A stretch of 64,000 bases of DNA from assembly GCA_905178155.1 (NCBI GenBank), contig CAJINV010000007.1, forward strand, positions 2,461,151 to 2,525,150. Direction: 5' to 3'. Source of the stretch: Amoebophrya sp. A120. Its lineage: Eukaryota > Protista > Dinoflagellata. Positions 49,367-59,800 of the stretch are shown one piece after another. The notes below the pieces were generated by a model, which did no database searches, was not told where the DNA came from, and saw only the letters and a program-made list of their open reading frames with translations. Numbering within the stretch: the stretch's first letter is position 1; each line of letters begins with the position of its first letter. Made by a program: the position numbers and the translations under genes.

Positions 49367-51175
49367 TGGTAGCTCTTCTTGTAGAAGTAGAAGTCGTTTA
49401 TACTATATTTTTACAACCGCATGGGAACTAGACGTACAACGTTCACATCGTCAGATAAGTTTAGAAGTTCCACAACACTTTAGCGTTACAATGTCAGTGA
49501 TGAGGCTTCCAGGGAGTCAAAATAAGATGGACACGGATCATCAAGAAGATGATGATCATGAAGGTTCACTTATGATGTCGCTTGGTGTCGCCTGTCATCA
49601 AAGCAGAAAAATGGGCAAAATCCTTTGCAGTAATGTGAAACAAACGATTCAAATTAGCATAAACTGATAAGATGATCGTCATGAGCTTCTGCTTCATCTT
49701 CTGGGTGTTTTTCGATGTATGGCTGCGGATCTTCTTGTTTTGGCTTTGGCACTGTTCATCCTCCTGCGTCTGTTTCTGTAACCACGTTCGTGGCGTCCCC
49801 AAAAATCTGCAACATATCAAGAGGACATTTGGATCTACTTGACGATAGCACCACCACTTGTCCGTTTTCTATTTTTTCAGCACTTCTGTCACGATTTCTT
49901 TTGGACCATTGGCATCGCGACAACTGGTACGAGAACGACACCAGGCTGCCTCTACTTGGATAGTTCTGTCACAAAGCTGCCAAAAGCGACTGAGCGTTCC
50001 TTTCGAGTTTGTGCAGCATCTCCTTCCGGAGGTGACCAATACGTTTACAACCATGATCCAGAACAAAGCGCTGACCATACTGTTTGCGAAGTTCTGTCCT
50101 GCTTAATAGGTCAGAAGACATTCAGTCGCGCCGACGTTTTCTTCCTGTTGGTCTTGGTTGCGTAAGTAGTGACGAGTAGAAGTAGAGCTCGCGACCACAA
50201 AATTCAGGAGGAGCAACTCTCAACGATTATGCTGCTGCTTGGGATTTGGTACATTTTTCTGTCGCGCGCAAGCAGGCCGCTTTGCTGTAGGTAGTTTGTC
50301 GCTATCATATCGTTCATCGGGACTACACAAGAGAGCTCTACTTTTCGTTTTTTTCCCAACATCTAAAATACCGCATGATTTTCCTACTGGCGGTAGTCGA
50401 TGCGTCATTTTGAAGATGCTCATCTCGGCAATTATACCTACAAGCTTCCAGGTGGAGTGATTCTGTCGTGCGAAGCTTCTCCTCCTGTACGAACAGAGAA
50501 AGCAAAGAGGTATTTTCGCTGTAGACTAATATTCTCAATTGTTTATTGTTTTTCGTTAGATTTCTCAAGGAGATGTCGCAATACTAGTGGTAATTTTATC
50601 TGGGTAGTTTCATCTTGGATCTGTATCATTGTCAAATTGTACATGAGCTAAGACTTCATAGAATTTTATGCAAGTCACAGTACTGGCAGCACTGAGGCTC
50701 CACCTACCAAGATTCGGGCGGAATCTGGTTTCGCCATACATCAAAAGAAGATATTCGTGTACATCAGTATCGCAGCAGATACAAAAAGTTTGTGTAGAAG
50801 AGTCGCGAGTAGATTGAGTTTGAGATTGAGAGTGTGAGTTGTGATCATAAAAATTTAAGTTTTTCAATTACATCCGAAGGATGGATGGTTGTTCATTCAA
50901 GATAATCTGCTTCGAGTGTTCAAATTCAACATGTTTCTTTCAAGAGGCGATGCGAGAGAACAAAGAAAGCTCCGAATTGCTGCTCGTCGTTTCCACAGCC
51001 ACAACGTTGGAAAGGCTGCGCCAGATGTCGTGGCTACAGCAAATGCTTTTTCTCGTAGTGGTATGCATTGCAAATGTGTCTTGGTCTGGATCATGCTAAG
51101 GAAGGTCGACACAAAGATTTGGCTCTGGATTGAATAACTACACAGGAAATAAGTAAGTAGGAGCCATCTCCACCA

Positions 51176-54100
51176 TCAAACTTGTGAATGTGTTGCTACA
51201 GCTCGTATTTCACATAATTCTTGTGGGTCATGCCAAAGCTGCATCGCAAATCTTTGCATCGTTCCAGACGGAGACCTATTTTTTGCAGTGGATAAGTAGA
51301 TGATTTTGGAGAAGATGCAGACGACGATGCCGAGCAGGGAAACGATCACCATCCCGTGAATATCGCAAGAAAAAATATGTTTCACTTTAAATCTGTAAAT
51401 GCAAAGGATCCTCCATCACAAAAGATGCCGCTGGGCTGTCGTGCTACACATGCAAAGCAATATAAATATAGCCGTATTTATTTCTCCTAGAGACAATGCT
51501 CGCATGATGATGTTGACACATTTTGATTGTCTTTGTCATGCGGAAGAGCAAGAAACCTGTGAAGATGCAGCAGCTACTAGCCCTGCTGCTACATCAACTT
51601 TGCTAAATCACTACAGTGAGACAGTTTTATTTTCGTGCGATAGTTCATCCAGCTCGTGTAAAACATTTGGCTTTCCGCGGCCCGTTTGATGGCATCCGTC
51701 TGCTCGGAAACCGACATCACCTTCTTGTCCGTCTTCGCGGCTTCTTGGGCCTGATATGAACGTAGTGGTAGTTTTTGATCTTCTTGTTGAGACAGCACAG
51801 GATGGTCATGGTCGCGCCTCTATCTTGTTAGAGTAAATTCATTCGAACCTTGGAAAGGAGTAGCACTAGGCAAAACTACATCATCTCAGTTCGTTCTATA
51901 CCGAGGTGGAAACCGTTGCCAGCTTCTGCGTGTCTTCTGCGCTGCTTGAGATCACGTTTTTGATACTTCCCATCTCCTGCCGAAGTTCGCGCAGTATGCG
52001 GTCTTTTTTGGCTTTTTTCTCCGCGGCGCTCATCTCAATACGCCGCTTCTCGCCTTCGTCTGTATTTGAGTTTGTTTCATCTGACGGAGTTGTAGATCGA
52101 CATCGATTTTTGCACTTAAATAATATCTGAGCATCACAGCTGACGTTCATCATGTCGTGACATTGGTGCAGACCACCATCTTCTATTCTGAATGAAAAAA
52201 CGAGATGAATTTGTTCTCAAACAGCGCTACTTCGTTCTATACCCAAGACGTAGTGGATTTCGTTCTTCAACTTGAGCGCGCTGGCTTCCATGTCCAGCAT
52301 TTGGGATTTCACGTGCAGCAGGGTCCTTGCCTGGCTCTCCTCCGTCTTGTGACTGCCCATCACGTACTGCTTCAGCATGCCCAGGATGCCATTAATCGCT
52401 TCCGTTTGCTCGCGCTGGTTCTCTATGCCCTGCTCAGGCGGAACGATTTCTTAGGTGGAACAAGGTCGTGGTCAAGCCGAACGCTGTCTCGTCTGAAAGG
52501 GAAAAGTCAAGTCTGAATCTGATGTGATTCATCGTTTGCTCCTGCCTATTTGCATTACAAACTTTACGCAGATCATTGTTCCAATGTGGTCGTTTGGAGT
52601 TGTCTTGGAGATCTTTTACTGCCATGCTGGACTTGTTCATGACAAATTCTTCCAGTTCAAATCGTTCCGTCTGAGGAGGCCATACTCTCAAACAAAAAGT
52701 TCTTTTTGTGAAGGTCTGCGTACATGTCCCGAATTTCCTCAGCGACACCGGATTATGAGAGTGCACAGAGCTGCTCCCGCCCTTCATTCATAACTTGCAA
52801 TTGCGAAATATTACTTGTTTCACTGCTACATCTACAGTCCACCGTGACTTGCGGAAGATTTAATTATCATGCGGAAGAAGCATCCTTTGTGGAGTGCTTC
52901 TCGTTCTCCTCTTGCTGCTCATGCATGATTCGAAATGAAAAGAGGGAGTGGAATCGTGCACTATCGTACAGACATCTCGGAGCCCACGGTGGCGAGGTTG
53001 TAGTTCCAGCTGTTGGATAATTTGGATCTTGATTCATTTATTCCTGCTTTGTAAACTAGGCACAGATTGTGAAGCCGTAGTAGTTGCAGGCGAGGGTGGA
53101 TGAACAAAATGCATATAGTTAGATGCAACATGGAAAAATCATCAGTAAAGTTTAAATTTTCTACGTGCGGATCTTTTTCACCGCCGCCCTGAAGTCGCCG
53201 GGTGCCTGTCCCGCGACTTTGGGCGTCCCGCTCCAAGCTGACCAGCCCATGTAGGTCCGCTTTGGGGGTTCGTAGTCTCTCAGCATGCAGACATGGCGCC
53301 AGTAGTGGGCATTGCGGTCGCTGGCAGCGCTCGTGCCCGTAGCCGCGAATCTGATTTTTTTTTATCAAAAATCAAAAAAAAATCGACGTTTCGCGTATAG
53401 CTATAGAATGCGAGTTGATAAACCACACAGGGAAGAAGTAGCAAGAAGGACGAGGTGGACGTCGAGCAGAGAGACATAGAGCTGTTCTAGCAAATAAGTA
53501 CATATTAAATTTTCGATCACAAATTATCTATAAATTTTACTTGTAGTCCACGCTGACAGATCCGGCTTTCACCCGCACTCGAACGTCCAGTGGTTGATTT
53601 CGAAAATCGATTTTCATTGCGTTTTTGTCCGGGAAATTCACACCCATCTGGAGTTTCTCTGAGCGCGGTGTTCTGGTACCTGCGGCGTTTGTTTCGTTTG
53701 TCAAAAAAGAACGAAGCGTTTTCACGCAATTACATCACAACTACCCGCCTGCTGCGTGGATGATGACTGCAAACAAAACCTATAATAGGGTGACTGATGG
53801 AGATGGTGAAGCAGAGTGGTAGGTGACATACAACATCACTACACAAAATTAAAACTGAGCACTTCTTCTATACAGCTCAAATTTGGGTTCACATTCCCGG
53901 TCTCATCTTCGATCGAGAAGATGAGGCCAAACCCCCGGAGCGTCGTGTCGTGGCCGAGGAAATCGTACCCCAAGTGCGCCAAATTGTCGTTCCAGTCGCT
54001 ATATCAAAAGTAAAAGTGTCTGGGTCTGGAAACTTGTGATGCTGGGTGGCGTCTCATGATGAGGCTACGAATACTGGCTCAGCATGGCAAGTTTCTGAGC

Positions 54101-55088
54101 TCCTAGGTGTTGCCTATTCTGCATGACAAACTGCGGCTCTGCATCACAGAAAAACGGAGCTCTTTCTGGGTAACGTGCGTGACAGATTTAAGAGTCATGC
54201 CAGACAAGCATGACAAAAATGAATTCTTCCAGACCCAGACATTTGTGCATTTGATACGCTATCAGCCTGGTTCATCGGAGAAGAGCCGACGATGTTTTTC
54301 GCGTTCAGCACCGACGTGACTTGAAAGTCCGTCAGCCAAAATGCCACGCCGACGTTCCGCGTCTTCGGGATGATGTTCAAGGCGGACACCTTTCAGGTAG
54401 TTGATGTGGGGACCGACGATGGGGGAGAGCAGGACGACGATAAATTTGTATTTGATGGAATACGGATAACAATTTCAACTTCTACACGTTCACATACTGT
54501 TTACTGCATGATCCAATTCCACCAAGTAATTATGATCAAAGCAGAAAGAAGAACCCACTCTAACTATACATCCAGTTGAAACTGCACTTCCCAGTTGTCT
54601 GTCGTTATCGCTTCCCGGTTCCACAGCTGGCCGCTCCTTTCCGTGACGTCGGTAAACAGCTGTATCTGATCCGCCATGGGTATCGCGCAGGATTCTAGTG
54701 ACCATAGAGCCAGCCCGTTGTCGGTTATGTTCCCGTCCCGGAACGTGTGGTGTACTAATTCTATCCATTTCACCCGCTCGCCCCTTCTCCTCGGCGTGTG
54801 CATAGTGTCATACGCGTATTGCGGGGGCTGGTTGGGCGGGGGTGGCGGGTTTTCCGTGGCAGAAACGCCTGGGATCATGTTGATCGAGGGGAGCAATACG
54901 AGGGAGGAAGATAGTATCGCTGGTATAATTGATGTTGCTAAAGCTCCTGCTGCGGTTGAGATTGCTGAGGAAGAGGTGGATGCCGCTGCACTACTAGAAG
55001 TACCGCCGTCGCTGAAGGGAAAGGGGGAAGTACTGGAGGAAGCGGCCAGGACGCCAACAAGGACGCCACCGGGTCGAACGATCACCAT
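51176..55088 (-). CDS. ERGIC-53/VIP36/Emp47-like L-type lectin with coiled-coil stalk and TM helix (multi-exon)
   Basis: IQLFTDVTERSGQLWNREAITTDNWEVQFQLDV, GVAFWLT, LRGFGLIFS, IDFRN, YMGWSAWSG, coiled-coil exons, TM GMVIVSLLGIVVCIFSKII. C-terminal tail uncertain. Confidence 0.75.
51361..51642. mobile_element. TIR introner family D, 282 bp, degenerate TSD (gtgaa/gttca)
   Basis: tatcgcaagaaaaaa... left end; ...ttttcgtgcgata right end. Removing 51356-51642 joins SWMN|GMVIV in frame. Confidence 0.82.
54002..54256. mobile_element. TIR introner family B (same orientation as 25912), 255 bp, TSD CGCTA
   Basis: cgcta at 53997-54001 and 54257-54261; interior colinear with 25912-26164; join QADS|DWND. 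Confidence 0.94.
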
Positions 55089-56838
55089 TTTGGCGAGTAG
55101 TGCTCCTGCGTCGTCGTTCTGGATTGGTTTCTTTATTGTTATTCACGTCCTCGCGCCGCTTGCGCTTCCTTATGCACAACTGCGAATAAATTTACGCCGT
55201 TCAGTCTCGGCTTCTACCTTTTATCAGATGAGCAGCCTTTTTAAAACGACTCCGAAATTTTCTTTGTCTCAGGGAATCGCTACAAGACCAGGGTCTATGC
55301 TTCAGCTGGTGGAGGTGAAGTACTTCGCTGGCTTGCGATGAGCTGCTAGCCCAGATAGTAGAATTTGTTGACGAGTGCGCTCGTTGCGAGATTTGGCGTC
55401 GATTTGCTTGTACTGGTTCTCGGTTCCCACTCGGACTTCTACCCGTACTAGCTTTTCAAGATGACGAGAGTGATGATCTCCTTATTTGTTGCATTTCACC
55501 ACGGTATTTTCAAGTGCGCCTCTGCGTTGCAGTCGGTGCCGGTTCTTGCCGCAACTTATCCAGCGCCGCGTCGTAGAAGTTGTACTATGGGCGGTTCAAC
55601 ACGTTTATTTTTCTTGCCCCGGCGGGTTGAAAGCAAGTAGAGGTGGATAATATAGGACGGCGCAATTATGACCGGAGCAGGACGGCAAATAAATTGCAAC
55701 AAAATTAGCTGCTTGCGGCACGACTTGCACTGCTGGTCCGAGGGCTCGGAAGAGCTACGGTGCGGGGCATGTTGGTTGTGTTTTTTGTGGAGTCTATCTT
55801 AGTTCCTCTTTGAACAGTGGGTGTGGGAGAACGAGTGGTGGTCGCGCCTGGACGACTACCACCTGCCTCCAATAAAATAGGCTCTTAGAGATTGTACGAA
55901 CAGGGCTCTATGTCGAGTGACCCATTCTAGTACCTTGTCAAGGCCACGGCGAAAAAGAAATTGTTTGAGAAATGAAGATTTCTTAGGGACACAGCAACAT
56001 GTGAAACAAATATCTAACTCGACATTAGCAAAGTACAAATTTTGGTGTGGCTGCTTTTTTCGCGGCTTCGAAATCGATGAAAAAGAAGCGATCGTTCTAA
56101 ATTAAAAGCCGCGGTCGATAATGAAGACAATACGATCTTCGCGATTTTTCGAAGGGCGACGAATTGTCTCCATATGCATCTCTCTAGCTCTGTGCATTGC
56201 GAGGCGAAACTAGAAAATTACGTTCTATCGAGGATAATCGATCTTGTACCGTATTCGATCTCGATCCCAAGGGAGCTACGTTTAAAAATGTCTTTCGACT
56301 GAGCAGCTACAGCATGTGTGATCTACTTTCCTACGCGGAGATCCTGCGCGCAGGACGAGGTCGCTCGCGTTTGGTGGAAAGGTGAGTATGGTACTAGCTC
56401 GGCCTCTCTAAGGAAAAGAGCCAGGAGCTCGAGCTTTCTTTATTTTTGCACCTAGTGGAGGTCTTCATCATGGAGATGACTTCTACTTCATGGTCCTTGT
56501 CTTCATCAAGTAATAGAATTACAAGCAGTGGACCGACAGCACGTTGTAGATCAAATTGGAGGCATCGACGTTCGCATCAATCGTACAGGTCATCGTTATT
56601 CAGGTCGTTGTCGTTGCGTTACAATTTGATTCGTGTAGAGGTTACAGTTGTTCATCAAGTTCTGAATCTGAGGTACAAACACTTAATTTGTTGCTTCATC
56701 ATACATCATGATCATCCGCAACGAATTTTTACAAAAGTTGAAGTTCGAATTCAATTCGATGCTCCTACACCAGGAGATGGGAAGACAAAGTCTTTGTCTT
56801 ACAAATCTTATCTATCATGCCTTCTTGTTTATTACGTT

Positions 56839-59800
56839 TCATGCCTGCGAAGAACCTCCAGCTGCGATTCCATCCGCCAGAACGTGCTTTACTTTTTTTG
56901 CCCACTGGTCCCGAACCTCTTCGCTGCGAAAAGTAAGCTCCAAAACAGGCGTGTTTACGCTGCTCCACCTGCCGTCGTTGAACAGCAGCACGATTTCCAA
57001 ATTTTGCGTCCGCTGGCCGTGCTGGTTCTCAAGGTAGATATGGATGTGTCAGAGTTGAAATCGACAAAGTTGAAATAATTTGCCATGCATAAAATGGATG
57101 CCAGTTGGAACCCAGTTTCCAAGTGGCGCATGACAAATTTCGGTGGTCCCTAAATCCAGTTTGTCATGCTGTTTAGGCAAAGAAGAGTGACTTTCTCATG
57201 CTACTTTAGCAGCTCGAGCTGTAGCCCTAAACAGGCTTACAATCGACCTCACTTGCCTGCTCTGCAACGCACGCGCCTCGGGTCATGCGTTTTATGCATT
57301 GCAAATTATTTCAACTCTGACGATTTCAAACCTGACGCTTCCATAGTAGATGGCGAGATCGTACACCTCTGTTTCGTACTCGTCGCTTTCGATATGGCGT
57401 TCTCAAATGTTACATTCTCAACTGTTACATGATTTGTCATGCAAAATTCCAATCAGAATCGATACGACCATGCTGCTTCGCATGACAAATTCCCGAAGGG
57501 ACAAACAGGATGAAAATCTGCGCCAAATCTGTCATGCAAAAGGCGCAATCTTCGCCCTTTCAGTTTTGCCATACTTGCATCACAAATTCATGTAACAGTT
57601 GAGAATGTAACAGTTGAGAACGCCATATTCGACGGGGTGCGTTTGAAGCTCTTCAGAACTGTCAAGAAAGGAGGTTTTCTTCATCGTCACAAACTTCGCG
57701 CCAGTCCCGCTGTTCATATATCCGCAGTAAATAAAAATTTACCGCACACATACAACTACAAATCAATGGGGTTTCGGCATGACAAACATTGCGCTCAGTA
57801 GCGGAAGCCTTACTTACAAGCGTTGCTATACATATCTAAGTAAGGTCTTTGTGATGCATTTTGTACGTGTACGGGATGAAATTTGCATTGCGTATCACAT
57901 ACCGGAGATTCACGAACGCGAATGGTGCGGTCTTCTCGCTGTTTGCAAGGAACAGCAACCCGCAGGACAGGTAGGCGAAGCAGATCTTGGTGTTATTTGT
58001 CTGGTTCTCCGTACTGCTGCCCTGCTGTTGGCCCCGAGCAGATAGCGGCTCGAAACTTGTACTGGATGAGAGAAGGGCCCTTGTAGGTTGAAACGCGGTG
58101 GCAATCTTCGTTGGAGAGGCCTCATGCGAGTCGAGGTCGAGGATGATGTTTTTCTCACCAGATGCCCCCGAAGAAGCAGCAGCACCATCTCTAGACGCAG
58201 AAGCAACCAGATCTATCGAAGTCCAGGACGCTGCAACTCCTACCGCTGACAAAGCATTTTTTGCTTTTGATTTAGAGGTTGTCCGTCCATCATCGAGCAA
58301 GTTGCTATTGGACGCGATTATTGTCGTACTACCTCCCGGGGTGCTAGAAGACCACCCTCGCATCATCGTGGACATCGTGCTGACAACCACGCGCTGCGAC
58401 TTTGCTGCTGCGCTACTTTTTGCATCTTTCATATCCCCTTTCTTCAGCTCATCCACCTTCGCCGTGGGAAAAAGCTGCATCGATGGAGCAGACGCTCGAG
58501 CGTTTTTCTGTTTTCCCTTCGCGCCACCAGCTGTGCTGTCCCCTTCTAAGTTTCTTCCGCTCGTCGAGGCACTGCTCCGAGCGGTGGTCGACGCCGTTGC
58601 GGCTGCAGAGGATCCTGACATCGCGACGTGTTCCCCCAACACAAACCCTAAATTCGCATACCGCGAGCTCCTTCTGCCCGTGGATTGCGCTCGTCCTGAT
58701 GTGGTACTAGTCCAGATTGTGTCGCTACTGCGCGCCGTGAAGTCCCCAGAACAAGTAGAAGCTCCTGCTTTGTTGATATCGTGCTGCGGAGAAACGACAT
58801 CTCTTGCCAACATGGGTGGACCACGAGGACCTTGTGTATCTGCAATTGATGCGGTCAAGGCGCCGCATGAAACTGTATCTGTAAATGCACTTCCTTCCGC
58901 ATAATTCAGCATCCTTGACGCAAACGCCTCGTCGTGCTCAAACACTGTGTTGTGACTTGTGAAATTCCCGGTGAAACTCCGCACCAACTCGTCCAGCGAA
59001 ATTTGGTTGAAGTTCGCGTCGCAGAAGTGGAGAATTACCGTTTCTGCGAGGACGTTGGCACTAGTTCCACTGCGGGGTTCTACTTGAAGCGACGAAGAAG
59101 TTGTAGTCGGCTTTGGTTCATCTTGTTCTACCGCTGGCACTAGTTGTGTAGCGCTAGTAGTCGCAGCAAAGCGCTCCAACAGTTCCACCACACTCTCCTC
59201 ATCTGTGAAGGCAACGATCCCGGCTTGCAACGCCGGAATCGGCTCAGCGGCAATCAGGTCGTAGAGTTGATGCAAGAACGGGGCTGCAGCGCTCTCCCCA
59301 TAAGTGTCCAAATCCCCAAATGTACTGTCAATGTTGCTGTTGAGACTGATCCACTCTTCTTTCCCCAATTTCCGATGCTGGATAGTTGTAAAAGTGCCCG
59401 GTGCGTCTCCTTCTACTTCCGCCGCGCCGGCAATCGTCAGCTTCGTGGAAGTTTCATCACTCTCACTATGCAGGTTGCAATGCAGCAGCACGCACGACGT
59501 CAGCAACCCGTACAACCCCTCAAAGCACTTCAATTGCTGCAACACCTCAATGCCCTCCGGTTCCCAGGCGTTGGGACGCTTGTTCGGTTCCTCGATGACT
59601 GGATTTATCTTGCTCGGCGACGAACCGGAGCCACCTCCTCGCCCTTGTTGCGCGTTCATCTGATGGCTTATTTGCACCGCATTGAACTTCCTTTCGCACT
59701 GTCGCCAGAATGTCATGGCGGTGTGGTACAGAATGCGGTCGTACGAAACGGAAAAACTTTCCCCAGCCCATTTTTCAAAAATTTGCATTCCCGTTTCTGA

